This document shows, piece by piece, positions 44,369-58,873 of a stretch of 64,000 nucleotides of DNA (position 1 is the first letter of the stretch; the number at the start of each line of letters is the position of its first letter). The translations under genes and the position numbers were made by a program. The notes under the pieces were generated by a model. That model saw only the letters and a list, made by a program, of their open reading frames with translations, had not been told where the DNA came from and searched no databases. The stretch is from Guillardia theta CCMP2712 (Eukaryota; Protista; Cryptophyta), in the NCBI RefSeq assembly GCF_000315625.1, contig NW_005434668.1, forward strand, positions 969,570-1,033,569. Reading direction: 5' to 3'.

Positions 44369-47300
44369 CTACTCAACTTTCACTTCCTCTTGCCGCATCT
44401 CTTGGTCCTCCTCCTCCTCCTCCTCCTCCATCTTCGATGGCCGTCGTCGTGCCGCCACAGAGTCAAGATGCTGACGTCACCATGTTATCCCCGTCCTTCT
44501 CTCTCCCTCTGCTCTCCTCTCCTCTCTCCCTCTGCTCTGCTCTGCTCTCCTCCCTCCCTCCCTCCCTCTCCTCTCCTCTCCTCTCCTCTCTCCTCACCTT
44601 CACGATTCGCTCTAGATGAATCTTCATCGCCTCCACCTGCATCTTCTCCTTGTCCTCCCGCTGCCCCAACGGCGTCCGGATAACGTTCCCCCTACAGGCA
44701 AGGTCAGCTCGACTGCTGCTGGACTCGGACAGTGTCAACCTGCCCGGGGAGGATGACTTGCCGAAGCTGCCGTTGACTCCTCCCCTGTCAAGAGATGAGG
44801 GAAGAGAAGAGGAGGAGAAAGGAAGCAGATCACGACCAGGAGGAGGAGATTGAAGAGGGAGGAGAGCATGAGGGAGGTAGAGAGGAGGGCGGAGGAGGAG
44901 GAGGGGAGGTAGAGGAGGAGGGCGGAGGAGGAGGAGGAGGAGGAGGGAGGAGGAGGAGGGTGAGAGTTCTGTACCTTCCCCCTATCGCGTCCGGCCTTAT
45001 CTTTCTCACAGCTTCTGGTCCAGGAGTTGACGCGACTTGACCGACGGACCCGCCCAGTCCTCGTTCACGGAGAAACTGAAGGAAAGTGAGGAGGAAGGCT
45101 AGAGGCTCTCGAGTGAGAGACAGGAGAGAAGGGAGGAGGGATAAGTATGTGATTAGAGTAGGATTAGTGCTGAGACAGGATGTATGGACATGTGGGGCNN
45201 NNNNNNNNNNNNNNNNNNNNNNNNNNNNNNNNNNNNNNNNNNNNNNNNNNNNNNNNNNNNNNNNNNNNNNNNNNNNNNNNNNNNNNNNNNNNNNNNNNAT
45301 CTCGTCGAGAGGGTGAAGCTCCTCCTCCTCCTCCTCCTCCTCCTCCTCCTCCTCCTCCTCCTCCTCTTCCTCCTCCTCCTCCTCCTCTTCTTCCTCCTCC
45401 TCCTCCTCTTCTTCCTCCTCCTCCTCGCTTCAACTTATCCTCTGCTCCTCTCTCCATGCTCCTCCTCTCCTCCATGTACCTTCGATTTGAGTCGCAAAAC
45501 TTCTTGATCAGCTTCCAACGCCTGAGCCAGATGAGAGAGAAAAGTCTGACTCGCACCTCCGGCTCACCTGCGCCTTGTACGCGTCGAGCACAGATTGATT
45601 CTTCTGATGCACACAGTTTGCAGTCTGCGAGTCAAGAAAGATGTCATGGAAAACAACAAGAGGACTCGAACAAGAGAACATTCTCATCCTTGTATTCATC
45701 ACACAAAAAGTACAAGAAAGCATTCAAGTCAATGCAGGGCCACAACAAACTGCAGTCAAGCACGATAACACTATTTCAACCTTCTCGATGTCTGAGATGG
45801 TTTTGCTCGAGAAGTTCTCAAAGTGATTGGCAAGTTCTTGAAATCTAAGAGCAAGTGAGAGGTCATCAGACATCAAAATCTCCAAAATCACTCACTTCTT
45901 CTCTGTCGCTGCCTCTCGCATCTTCGCTTCATGCACATCCTGCAGACTTTCCGTCAAGTAGCTCCTCCTCTGCTTCAACCCTCTCCTCTCACTTCAACCC
46001 TCTCCTCCTCCTCCTCCTCCTCCTCCTCCTCCTTCCATCGTCCTGACCTTCCCGCAGGAATGCCGTACAATGAAGTAATCTTTGGTCACGTGTGCTACTT
46101 CCTTCTCAAGCTGCAGCAGGAATCATGAGGAAGGCAAAGGAAACGTTTCGATGATGTTGCTCCACACCTTCAAGATAGCATTCTGAAGATCCTCCACCTG
46201 AGCCGCATGCCTCTCCCTCGCCATGGCAGTTTCTGCCATCTTGATTCGCCTGCTCGTCACGGCAAGTGAGTGAGGATGGGAAGGTGGCGGAATGTGTGCA
46301 TGAACAGTGGGAGACGCACGATTGAGCCCACCTGTCCTCCAGCAAGACTTGCTCTTTCTCTCTCCAACATCTCTTCTGCTCCTCAGTTTGCAGCCGAAGA
46401 GCCTGAGATCGCATGTCAGACAAGTCCAGCACTGCTCGAGCTGTACTTGGAGCTCCATCAGCAAGACTTCTGAGTTCTGAGACGGCAGGAAGACCTGCAG
46501 GCACTGAGTCCCTTCCTGCCCCTCCTCCCCTCCTCCTCACTGTTCTGAATTGAGCAGCTTGCGAGCTTGGCGTGAGGCTGGACATGGAGTTCTACAGAGA
46601 GCCATCTTGAGCAACGATGGCAGGTGAAAGAGAGGAGAAGGAAGAGAGGGAGGGAGGAGAGGGAGTAGAGGCATTTCAGTTGTTACCTGCATCATAAGCT
46701 TCCCGGAGGAGTTTAGACTATACGAGTCATTGTCGTATTGCTGAAAATTTCGTCAACTGTTTGATTCACCACCCTCCCTGTTCATGCTCCTCACCTGATA
46801 GAACTTCGATCCGTGCACTAGATGAGCAGGAAGAGATTCTTTGAAGAGCGTGATCTCTTCCGCAACAGGCTGAAAAGTTGAAGGTGAGCCCATAGCACAA
46901 CCAAGGAGCAGGGGCTGAGAGACTACCTGAGTCAAAGAAAGGAGTTGCTGAATCCTTTGACGATCGTTGATCTGCACAGCCTTGTAAGGGACAACAGCCT
47001 CATGATAAGATTGTCTCGCAGCACTTCTTGCAGCTTCAGCATGTCATTCTCTGCTGTCAACTTCAACACCTGACATCTCCGTTATTGCATGTCAAGCATC
47101 TTCAGGGCTATCAGGACCTTCTCCCTTTCATCGAATATTGCCAACTTGGCATCACTAGAGATACATCACATCAGAGACCAAAGTTGCACAAGGGACAAGG
47201 ACCTGAGCGCTTGCTGCAAGTCCTCAACTTCTGATTCAGCTCTCAAATATTGCCACCTGCTCCTGTGTTTCTCTGGCAATCCAATTCTAGTCAGAGCAGC

Positions 47301-47573
47301 ATCTCCGCACAGACAACGGCACCTTCGACAGATTGTTCGAGCTGCTGCAATCGGAACAAGTAATCTTCTTCTAACCTTGAGAAACTTTCCACTTTCTCTG
47401 ATGGTCAGGAAGATCATGTCAGAAAGCGTGCAAACATAAAATCCCCATCGACCTTGATAGTAAGCCAGAAGCTCGGGTGTGGGAGGGATATTCTGAAATT
47501 GAGTTTGAGAAATTTGGACTTTCAATTGCATCGAAGAGAACTTACTGAGAAACCATTCTTCGTGTATGGACAT
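44369..47573 (-). CDS. CCDC77: coiled-coil domain-containing protein 77-like, multi-exon, spans the assembly gap
   Basis: IPPTPELLAYYQGR, EVEDLQQALSDAKLAIFDEREKVL and DRQRIQQLLSLTQP resemble the CCDC77 N-terminal pattern. Confidence 0.65.
45199..45298. other. assembly gap (100 N)
   Basis: Run of N next to a (CCT)n tract. Confidence 1.
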
Positions 47574-48462
47574 TCAGAAGGCAGCTGGAAACAATCGCAG
47601 TAAATTTTTCGAAACAGAGCTTCAAAATGTTTCCAATACCACCAGCTCTTGCTCCATTCCTGCCAGAGTATTCATGGGAAATTTTCACAAGCACAGCTCA
47701 TATCACCTCGACCCGGTCTGAGTTCAGTCGCAGAAAGTAATCGCAATAGAAATTTGAATCGCTGCAGGGCAAAAGTCATCCTTCGAACTTCTCCTCCCAG
47801 TCTCAATTCTTCATTCCATTCTCTCCTACCTCAGTCTTCTTTCGCACTGCACAATGATCCATTCTGCAACTCCTCCTTTCCTCCCCATGATCTCGAACTC
47901 CATCCTCTCTTGGATCCTCTGCTCCCTCCTTCCCTCCTGCCAGTGGATCCCCCATCCTCGGCTAGATTTGTCGTTCAATCCGTAACTGGTCTATCTTTGT
48001 ATCCAATCTGCACTCTTTACCCCGTCTTCCTCCTGCCCTCCTCTCTCTTCGTGTCCTCCTCTCTCTTCCTGCCCTCCTCTCTCTCCCTCCCCTCCTCTCT
48101 CTCCCTCCCCTCCTCTACCCTCCCTCCTCTCTCTCCCTCCCCTCCTCTCTCTTCCCGCCTTCTTTCGTTCGCTTCATCGAGGTGTGCATGGCGTGTTCCC
48201 CGCCAGAACTCAAATTCAAAGAAAACAAAAAGAGTGCCTGTAAAATAAAAAAAAGAATTCCGAAAAAAAAGAGCTCTGAGGCTGGCTCACCACATTGCTG
48301 AAGTAATCGGACCGTTGCCGACGCCGTTTGCAAAGACGTCGGGAGTTCAATGCTGGGGTACACGGAAGTTCAGATCAAACCGATCCTTACAATGAGATGG
48401 TAAAGCCAACTCTTTGTTTAATAAATCATCAAAGCGACAGGACCTCTGCAAACAGAATCGAC

Positions 48463-50609
48463 TTAGAGGTCCAGCAACATCCTTCGAGGATCCTCCACTT
48501 GCTGCTTGATCATCTTCAAAAAGGTGACCTGCGCTTTCTCAGTACCTTCCTCATCTCATCGAACATCTATCGCACCGCCTCACGTCCGTCAATGATGCGG
48601 TGATCATAAGAAAGAGCCACATACCTTGACAAAAGTCATTCACAACCTTCCTTCTCTAATCCTCCCTCCCTCATAGCTCTTCCTCTGCACTGCTCCAATC
48701 TCACATGATGGGTCGAATCTCAATCTTGCCATCGACAACATAAGGTCTCTTCGTGGTAGCATGCATTCCCAGGATAGCACTCTGCAAGAACATCTCAACG
48801 GCACCGCTACATATGATCGCGCCATACCTGAGGCTGATTCACAATGGGAGTCGACATCATGGAGCCGAAAACGCCTGTTTTACACAGTTAACTATGTAAG
48901 GGAACATAAACATCACTAATCACCTCCATTCGAGATCGTGAATGTTCCTCCAGCCATGTCCTCAAGAGCAAGGCTTCCTGGAAATTCCTCTTTTTAGTCA
49001 TCAACAGCAAAGGATGACATTTCACCGCTCTGCGCCTTCTCTCCGTAATGGTTGATGGCCCCTTCAATGGCAGCAAAGGACAAGTTCTGTACATCACGCA
49101 AAACCTTTCCAAATGTCAGATTCCACGCCCATCGAATCGAACGGGAAAGCAGTACTGGAACGACAAGACCAGTGGGAGACGAGACAGCGACGCTGATGTC
49201 GATGTAATCGCGGTAGACAATGTCTTCTCCATCGATGACGGCGTTCACGATCGGCTGTTCTGATGGTCAAAGCAAAATAAATTCACCAGCAGAGGGGAAT
49301 ACCAAAGCCTTGAGGGCCTTAGCAGACGCACTAACGAAAGCCGACATGAAACCTAGAGAATGAAGATTTTGAGAAGATTGCTTTTCGATAGGTATGCAAG
49401 TTGTCCAAAGTACCCAATTTGATGTTGTGCTTCTTCTGGAATTCATCTTTGTACAAATTTCTCATTTCCATCACGCTGAAGAAATAACTCAGTGAGTGCG
49501 ACAACAATCACTTTCAAGCACCTGGTCATATCGATTTCGTTGTAAGTAGTCAGCATGGCGGCAGTGTTCTATGTCAACTCATATCACGTCTCATGGCATC
49601 AAAGGGAGTCAGAAGACCTGAGAGTCCTTCAGTCTCTCGGCAATCCTCTTCCTCATTCTGCTCATGGGCACGCGGCGATCGATTCGTTCGCCCATGCTGG
49701 ACACTTGAAACTGAGGGGGGCAGAAGCAGAGCCAGCTGCAGGCTTGCTGGGAGGCTGTGGAGCAGAAGGAGGGGCCGAAGGAGCAGCCGCAGCTTGCGGC
49801 TTCGGAGCATCTGCTGGCAGAACCATTTCAATACACAAAAGCGAAACGCAGGTGATCCTGCTGGAATTCGGCGACAGCACAAGGGAAATCAACCTGCAGG
49901 GGGGGCCTTTGCGGGTGCTTCCTTCTTGGGTGGCGCAGCTATGATGATAGTGAACGAGAGTCAAGTGGGCATGGATAGGAAACCACCAGCGTCGGCCTTG
50001 GCACCTCCGGTAGCTCCTTTGAGGTATTTGATGAGGTCGGATCCGACCTTGCGCGCAGCATCATCTTTTAGTTGACCATGACTAGAACCTTCTTACCAGG
50101 ACAGTGTCTCCTTCCTTCGCACACAACTCTTGAATGACACCAGCATCGGGCGCACGAATCTCGACTGTGACCTGCATATCACCCACCAGCCACAGTGAGT
50201 TTCTTCCATGGCCAGCAAGCCCGCGGTTGGCACTGACCTTGTCTGTCTCGACTTCGCACAAAATTTCATCCATTTCAATCTGTCAGGAGTCAAAGTTGCA
50301 CTTAGACTCATATCCGTCAGTTACCTGGTCTCCAGGCTTCTTGTGCCATGAAACAATGGTTCCTTCAGAGATGGAATCTCCCATAGAAGGAACCTTTGCG
50401 AGGAGAGGGTCACACGAGCCTGAAGATGCTTCCAAGCTCCTGGCTGGAGCGATGGACATTCTTGACATACCGGGATCACAGAAGGTTCTCCTCCAGTCAC
50501 AGAGAAATATCGCAGATGTGAAGCCGGAACTCGGAAAGCAGCCTGTTTTCAGCTCTCACATGACGAAACACAACAAGCATCTCAATGAGACTGACGTTCT
50601 TGAGAACAT
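48463..50609 (-). CDS. DLST: dihydrolipoamide succinyltransferase (2-oxoglutarate dehydrogenase E2), mitochondrial
   Basis: Lipoyl domain [60 protein letters not shown], and [21 protein letters not shown]. Start approximate. Confidence 0.93.
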
Positions 50610-52276
50610 TGCGAGACTGAGCTGCTCCCTGGACGTTCAGAGCCGTTCCGAAGGATCGTTTGACAACACTTGGAGCTCCTCGAAAAGTTGCAACCTGAAT
50701 CGAACGTTCATATCTTTGATCTGAATTATAAAAACTTTACATACCGAACGTGCAGCTCTCCCGACCACGAGGCTGCAAAGCCTTTTTTCAAGTTGAATCA
50801 TCCCTTCCACGGTTGTTCAAGAAGATCCTATATGATAAACATTCAATTGCAGTCAAGACATGTGGCACCGTGAATTGTCGGGAGCTGTCTATGCAATGCC
50901 CGAACTGCTCGAGGTACGCAACTCATTCACACTGCTACTCAAGTCTAACATAAAATACCAACATGACAGCAACTCGTTCTTGAACCGATGGGTAAGAACA
51001 AGCAGAACATTGCGCTCAAGTAAACGATAACCCTACGACTGATCCGTTGTTCGGAGACAGGTCACCATTCCTCTGCAACTGAATCATATAATCTTACTTT
51101 CAATTCTCCCACATTTTTTCCTCATACAACCTTCATCTAGCTTACTTGTCTCCTTATCTGATCTCAGCAACTCTTTCTGCAATCTCCTTCTCCCTTTCCC
51201 TTCTCCCTGCTCCCTAGCGTCTATCTCTTGCCATGTCCCAACAATTTCTCATCAGGAGAGGGGTAGTTGCGAAGGCTCCAATGGTAGGGTAGTATTTTTG
51301 GTTAATGGGTGGGTACACAGTAGTTGGAAAGGTTGGTAGGGTTCTACTGATTCAAAACAATGGTCTTTGGTAGGGTCCTTTGTATCATGGTATGGGGGAG
51401 TTGGGTGGGTAGGTAGTTTACCAGACGTGTAAGGGGTGGGGGTAGTTGATGAGGTGTAGATGCAATCATGGGTAGGTGGGGTCAGGTGGTCTTGATGTGA
51501 GTCGTAACCATTCCGGAGGGGGTAGTGTAAGAAGACCATCGAAATATGGGGGTCCAAGGTCCCTTGGGGTAGTGAAGTACCGGTGAAATCTAGCAATAAT
51601 CTACCCCCAGCGGTCAAGTCTCCTTTCCACGCCTTTGTGGGGTTGTCTGTGAGTAAAGGAGGGGTGGTGTCAGCGAGCTTGCGATGGTGGCTCGTATAAA
51701 CTCTAGGGGTCCATCAAAGGGATCGGAGGGGTGGGGGTAATAAATACCCAGAGGAAGGCAGGAAACTCTGCAAGTTTTCGGGGATTCGACAAACTTTGAT
51801 TCGTTGGAACTTCAACAAAGAAAGTTAGCAAAGTTCCCCAGGCCCGGCCCGGCGGGCGAGGCCCGGGACACGGCTGACTGAGAGCGCAGTCTGGCCCTAT
51901 CCAACTGGTCTCTAATAGCACAATGTCAAGTTGCCGCTCATGCCCAGCGTGCCAGGACAAGATGTCCAGAGCAGGCAGAGTTGACATGCTAGCCAGTACT
52001 TTGGTGTTCTTTCATCCAATCCGATGCCAGGCCTTGCGGAAGGAATTATCCTGATGATGCTTACATCCGGCTGAGCCGTCAGGTTGATGAGAGGATAGAA
52101 TTGCTGAGAGCGAATCCACGTCGTCAGCAAACTTGTGAACTCGTCTATTCGAGTTGGCTGGACCCTTGCGGCTGAATCAACTTGCTGGATACTGAGAAAC
52201 GTTTTCCCGCACTATGATCTCGAAGCGATCTCGCACGGCCGACATTTGCTTCATGCTCCTGGTAATGGTGAAAGAA

Positions 52277-54332
52277 AATGGAAGGCTGTCGGGTACTGAT
52301 GCTCAGGGCTGCAGCTGGGAAGTTTGATCCATCCTTGTCACGGAGCAAGATCATGTGCGAGAGGACAGCATAGAATCTCTGGACAGGTGAGACTGGAGGG
52401 TTCTGTCTCCTGTCCTCTCATACAAGCCTGCGTCAGGTGACGATTGCAGGAGACGGGGCGTGCGAGACTCCGGCGATGTCCTTCCGGTACTGGCATGCTC
52501 GCGCTGTCCAGGAGAAACTGTTGACAGGAGACGAAAGAGTCGCAGATGACGATGGGCTGGGAAAGTTGTGTGCTCCGTTACAGGATGAAGAGTTCTTCAT
52601 GCTCCCAGACAGTCCATGGCAAAATTCTCCCAGACATGTGAGTAGACTTTGTTACCTTCCCTCCAGCGCAGTGACGAGCTCAAAGATCAGCCGGCAAGAC
52701 CGGTCTCACTTCCACTTCTTCAACCTCTCCCTTGATTCCTTCAGGCATCGATTCTGGTCTGTTCAAGTCCGACAGGAGGGCATGCAAGATTCGAACGTTC
52801 CGGTAGCGTCATCGTCGCATCCTGGGACCTGCTAACACGGTCATGTTCGTTTTCGATGCAGTTCGTAAACCACAAGGAAATCAAGATGGTTAATGGGGAT
52901 CTTGAGACTTCCTACCTTTATGGGATAGAGGGGGAGGAAATCTACAAGGAGCAAGCGCTGAACAACTTTGAGGATGGATACACCATCCTACTGCACGATG
53001 CAGACGTCTTGTTCTCCCAGGTGTTGACCTCCCTCAAGTCGACCGCAGCTCAACTTGTCGCAGGTTCAGAAGTTTGTGGAGAGTCTCGAGGAGGATTTCG
53101 GTCTTTCGATTGTTGCAAACCTGCACTACTCGCCCGAGAAATCGATTTGCGGGCAGACTGATCGTCGGGGGGATGAGGACGTTTTCATTCTCCAGATAGA
53201 AGGGAATCAGATATGGCTCCTTGCAGACACTAACGCATCTACGAGTTCAACAACAGGCAGCGAAGACTTCAGGTATGAGGCAGAGCACGGGACTGTAGTG
53301 ACTTTAACTCTCTTTCCCATCAAGTAAGTTCCTATTGCGCCATGGCGATACTTTGTACATCCCTGCTGGCTGGACCCACAAGGTCAGAGGCGAGCAGGGT
53401 ACCCGAGGTGCTGAGTGCTGTCTGTTTGCAGTGTACGTCCAATGTCAGCTTTTTGTTTGGCGAATCCATTCAGCTGCGGCTGTACATCAAGAAGAACTAC
53501 TATACGCTTCATCGCTTCTTCCACACCATGGTTGAGAAAGTTCTTGAACCGTCTTCCTCTCTCTTCAGCTCGGATACAAAAGAATCTCTTGAGTTCTGGA
53601 GATGTTCTGCCGCACCATTGCACTTCAAGGATGTTGTTCATTGGCTGGTACATGCTGCGTCTCTCCATCGGCGATGGTCCAACAAGAATTTTCTCCTCGC
53701 GCGTTATGGAGTCATTCCGGTATCAGGAAAGTCGTTGGATGACGAGTCAGCTGAGGTAGACCAGCTGCCTGTCGTTTGTTGCGTGCTAACGTGTTGTCAA
53801 AGTTTTTCAGGTACTTGAGAGGAGCAGATGTAGTGCAGAAGGTGTGATGGGCTTGCTGACACTAGGTTACGATCTGATTCTCCTGATTCAGATCCAAGAT
53901 GTCTTGTTGGCCCACAACGGAAGCCTTGAAGGTGGAAATGTGTTTCTCAGTAAGGAATGGCGGAAGATTGAAGAAAGATGCCCCGAGGGTTGGAAGGAGG
54001 TGAAGATAAAGATGTGAGAGGTGAAGACATCGAAGGTGATGTTTGCCTTTAAGATCTTGAACTCGCCAAATCTACAAGAAGAGATTGAATTCTTGTTCTC
54101 AGTGTACGCGGACAGGTAAGGGAGAGGGGCAAAACGACGGTGACTGAACGTAATTGCAGCATATCTGAGCAGATAAAAATGAAACAGCTAGACGCTGTTG
54201 ATGAGGTAGAAAAATGATATGCGGACTTGCATGACGTGTATGCTTCAGATCACAAGACTGTCATGGAATGATGTCTCTAGCAGAAGAAGACAGCGGGACG
54301 AACGAAGAGCGTCGGAAAGACATGGCGTGTAG
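52277..54332 (+). CDS. JmjC/cupin 2-oxoglutarate oxygenase, RIOX1/NO66-like, multi-exon
   Basis: FEDGYTILL, ANLHYSP, DEDVFILQIEGNQIW and LRHGDTLYIPAGWTH. The first metal-binding His appears absent, so it may be divergent. 5' end uncertain. Confidence 0.65.
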
Positions 54333-54339
54333 GGATGTA

Positions 54340-57300
54340 TCATACTTTGATCTTAGATTGAACATGTATCACTGTACAAGGAGAAGTCAAGGAACGCGAG
54401 GACTTTGTGTACAACATTATCGCTGTTGTCTCTGGTAGACGTGTCCATGTCAACATCGGCAGGAGAGCAAAACATTGTGCATCACCACTTTGTGAAGTTC
54501 TCTTCGCATCCTCATGACCTTCTTGGTTGATTGGCTTTTCAACATCCTCTGAAAGATCGTCAGCTGCTCCCCCTGTCTCCGTCCTCACTTACCCTCTGAG
54601 CCTCCCACTCACGATCGAACGCTCCCTCCTCTTCCTCCTCCTCCTCCTCCTCGCCATCCTTGAACTGCACGATTTCGTATTGCACTGGATCGACATGGTG
54701 ATGATGATGTAGCTGAACGCCTTCTGTCAAGCTGCTCGTCAGGGGAGGTGAGAGAGTAAGCACGTCTAACCGTCTTGCTCATCCTCATCCAAATTCAAGT
54801 GCTGCGAAGCATGCGGTCAACGGGAACAGACATGCGGTAGGTAGTTTCTTCACCACGTGCTTCCCTTTTGCTTGCATCTCCTTGATTGAAAACCTTGAAA
54901 GAGCCTCTTCCATCTCCCCCGCCATGTCGGTATCGATCTTCTTCATCAGCTTCAACTTAGTCTTCACGACCTTCTCGTTGGGAAAGCTGGAAAAATGTCG
55001 GCGGGTCAGAGAAAGAGGAGGAAGAAGAGGAAGAGCTAGGAGAGAGTCAATGGAAGGGAAGGGAAGGGAAGGGAAGGAAGAAGAGCGAGAAAAGAGAGTG
55101 GGGGAGGAGGAGGAGCAAGGAGGAGCACAACGGGGAGTTGAAGAGGACAAAGAGGAGTTCAGGACGAGGCAGGAGGAGAGGAGGCGAGCACAACAGCTCA
55201 CCTGATTCGACAGTTGTTTGCTGAGTCCGACAGATCGACAAAATTTGTGTTGACAGAGTCTTGACCGTCTTTACAGCAAGTCAAAGAGCATACATGTTCC
55301 AAAGCACAAGTTACCTTTCAAGCTTGAAAGAGCTTTTTCGAGAGCTCGTTTGTCCAAGATTGTTCGTCCAACCCGAGGGATGGATTCAAGAAGCCCTTCT
55401 TTGCGAAAGCTGAAAGTGACGTTGTGAGGAGGGGGAGAGGATGAGAAGGAGGAGGAGGAGGAGGAGGAGGAGGAGGAGGAGGAGGAGGAGATAGATCAAG
55501 TTGTGCAGGAGGTTGATCAGGAGGAGGCAGAGGGAGCATAGTTGAGGAGGGAGCAGGAGCAGGAGCAGGAGCAGGGGTAAGGTTTGACTTCGATCTCCTT
55601 CACCTTGTAGAGTTTGACAGAGTTTGTGGAGTTTCGTCTTGTACTTCCTCGAGGTTTTCGACGTCAAGGTCGAAGGACAGTTCTTGTCGTCTTGTTTCTT
55701 CAGCGCTGGAGCATCTCACATGAGCAAGACAGAGATGGAGGAGCAGACAACAAACAAGCGACACGGTACAGGAAGCAACCAGGAGAGCAGAAGGGATGAA
55801 GAACAGCAGCAGGAGCGAGAAAGCACAAGACATCCGGACCTGACGAGAGGAGCTGCACTGATGAGCTTGAGGGCTGTGATGAGAAGGTCTCTCGTGTGAT
55901 TCAGCGACCTCACAGTCTGCCTCACTCCCCTAATATCATCATGCTCCCAACTGTCATCCTTGTGGAGTTTTGAGAGAAAGTCGCCGATGCCCGAAGACGC
56001 GCCCTCTCCCTGTACCATCAGAGTTCGTCATGGACGTGTATCAGTACATTCTCAGCTTCACCTTGCTCAGACTCTCGTACAGAGCCTTCTGATCTTCATC
56101 TCTCTTCTTCGCATACAGATACTCGTCGTACGCCTTCATCAACTTGTCGTCGTTCTCCAGCACGTCGGCTCGGCCGCTCAACACGCTGACACCATACTGC
56201 GCCTGATGGATATACCTCAGCCTGTTTTTCAGCTGCTGCTTCACTTGTTTCTTCGCCAACTTTGCCCGATGCATCTTCCCCTGCAGCGACCTCACCATCT
56301 CCCTAAATTTCGTCTCGATCGTCAAGTCCAACGATGCTGAAGGAGTCCAACCCTCGTCCTCCTCCTCCTCCTCCTCCTCCTCACTCCTATCAATCTTTCG
56401 ATCCCTCCTCTCTCCCACCTTGACACTTCCCTGATGTCCTTTCTTTTCCATCTCCTCTTCCTTCCCCTCCTCACTCGCATCTGCAAGGTACTTGCTCTTT
56501 ATCAGGATGTCCGCGAGCTCCTCATGCTCCTTGTGCAGCTGCTGCAGCTCCTCCTCCTGCTCTCTTGCCAGCCTCTCCCAGTACATCTTGTTCTCCTTGC
56601 AGTCGAAGAATCTCTCAACGATGCTCTCGGCGTAAGTCCGACCGGACGCCTCATGTAGAACAGACATGTCGTGCTCGCTCCTGCTGATCTGCTCCTCGAC
56701 GCTCTCTAGCGATAGCTTGCTCTCCTTCAGCATGTGGATCGTCTTGGACGCAAACCTCCAGTGTCTCATCCTCATCGTCTGCGAGCATGTTATGCTCGTC
56801 CTCACGTCAGTCCTCTTACCTTCTCCTCATGATCCAGCAAGCGGTACAGCGCTCTCCCTCTCCGCGAAGCACTGATCTCCTCTTGCCCTCCTCCCTGGGC
56901 ATTCCCTTCCTCCTCCTCCTTCACTCCCACCTCTCCGCTCGATCCAACTCCCTCACTGGCGAGCTGGGCGACCTTGGACCGTTCTTTCTCCTCTCTCGCC
57001 TTCCTTTTGCTCATGAAGAGGTTCCAGGAACAGTGATCGTACTCGATCAGCTTCCTCCTCGCCTTGAGGGACGTGACGGCCATGTTCGCGTCATGTTTGA
57101 CAACTCCACATCGTTGTTTCTCCCACTGGTTGAGCGACGAGACCCTTGCGACCTCGTTCTTCATCGCCTGCAGCATCTTTGACTCTTCTTCGACGAGATC
57201 ATCCAGCCTCCTCAGCATGAAGTGCAGGGTCCTGATGTGGTGCAAAGGAGATTCGAGCGAGGAGGAAGACGACGGTGAGGAAGACAGAGGAAGAAGAAAG

Positions 57301-58873
57301 ATAGGAGGAGGACCAAGAAGGAGAAGGAGGGAGGAGGAGGAGGAGTAAGGAGAAGAAGGAGGAAGGAGGAGGAGCTGCTATCAGTCGAACAGGACAAGAA
57401 AGGAAACAAGTTCTTCTCACCAGCTTTTCTCCTTCTGCTTGTCAGTCAGTCCGCACAATTCATCGTTGGCTCTCTTCAAGCGTTCGATCTTCTTGTCCAG
57501 CAGCCCGTCCGGCACAACCTCAGCAAGGTAAGCCGCTGTCGTCTCCTTCCGCTTTGCCAGGAGTTTCTCCTTCTCAATCCGCGCAGAGCGAACTTTGTTA
57601 AACTCCCTGCAAAGACACAACAAGATTGACGACTGCTAGCAAGATGGCAGGGAGCAGGAAATACCTTTTCAGCGTCTCGACCTGGAGCTGGAGGGAGGCT
57701 GTTTCCTCTCCCTCCTTCTTCTGATGGGCCACTTGACTCTGGATCTGCAGACGACGGAGATCTCTCTTGCCTGCCACGATCGCCTGCGATTCGAAGGTCA
57801 CGAGAAGGGAGGGGAAGCAAGAAAGAAAGGGAGAGGAGGGAGGGAGGAAAGGGGAAGGGAAGGAGGGAAGGGAAGGAGGGAAGGGAAGGAGGGAAGGGAA
57901 GGAGGGGAGGAAGAGGAAGTGAGCCTACCATCTGGATATCGAAGAAGCTGCCCATGGAGTATTCCTCAAGCTTCTTCCCAATCACAACAGGAACACGAGG
58001 AGGCGACGACGGTGAAGGGCCTCCCCTCCCCCGTCTTCCCCCCTTCCCCCTCCCATGTTGCTCTCCGAAGGCCTCGCTTCCTGCCACCGAGTGCCGATGT
58101 CCCCCGGGCTGCTCCGACAGGGTCTGCAGCTGAGGCGATCGGCCGTGCTGGGCAGGCAGCAGCCCGTCGTCCGACAGGAACTTCCCATGTCCCTGCATTG
58201 CAGAGTTGGGCCGCGTGCTCATGCCGCTGAGAGCTGACATGGGCCGGGCGGAGGATGGAGGATGGAGGTGGTGCTGATGATGCACCTCTTCCCCTTCCCC
58301 TTCATGCTTGTTCACTCCCTCCCGCTCATCCTCGGCGATAAAATGATTCGCACACATGGACCCGAGAGCCGATCGCGGCCTGCCCGACCTGCTGCTCACG
58401 TGCCCCGTCGAGACCCTTCCGCTGCCTGCAAGGTGTGCTGACCGCGGGCGGTCGGAGGCGTGAAAGGGTTGGAGGGTGTTGGGAGTTCCGTACATGGACC
58501 TGTTGAAATAGTCCGACGAGAGTTCGACCTTGCTGTGCTGAGCGCTAGCTGGCCTCGAACCGGACCTCAAAGGAATCTCAACGACCGCCGGTCGAGGATC
58601 GGATGACTTTCTTGTGCTGACCTTGCCCTTTGATGCCTTGACATACTTGCTTGACGACAGCTTGACAGGTTTTCCTTTCTTTTCCTTGAAATGAGCCATT
58701 TCCGGCTTATTAATGACATCCTTCGCCTCCTCCATTGGTATCGATTCCAAGTCAGCGACGTCGTACAAGCACTGCCCTCTTGACAGAACGACGGCATCCT
58801 CCCGCTTCCCCAACAGAAGTTTCGAGGAACCAGAAGTCAGAGGAGGTCGAGACGAGGAGACTTCACTTGACAT
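54340..58873 (-). CDS. large coiled-coil protein, possibly related to outer-dynein-arm docking complex (ODAD3/CCDC151-like); multi-exon
   Basis: Long ORFs 57476-58873, 56802-57245 and 56041-56805 with heptads; RPxSA repeats in the N-terminal region. Termini uncertain. Confidence 0.6.

Noticed and set aside
45164-45848. Poly-Pro/Gly/Leu ORFs across the N-run
   Set aside because: Artefacts of an assembly gap and a (CCT)n tract.
13312-58873. Ciliary gene cluster (IFT140, CCDC77-like, ODAD-like)
   Set aside because: The genes are tens of kb apart and interspersed with unrelated genes; ciliary genes are numerous in flagellates.
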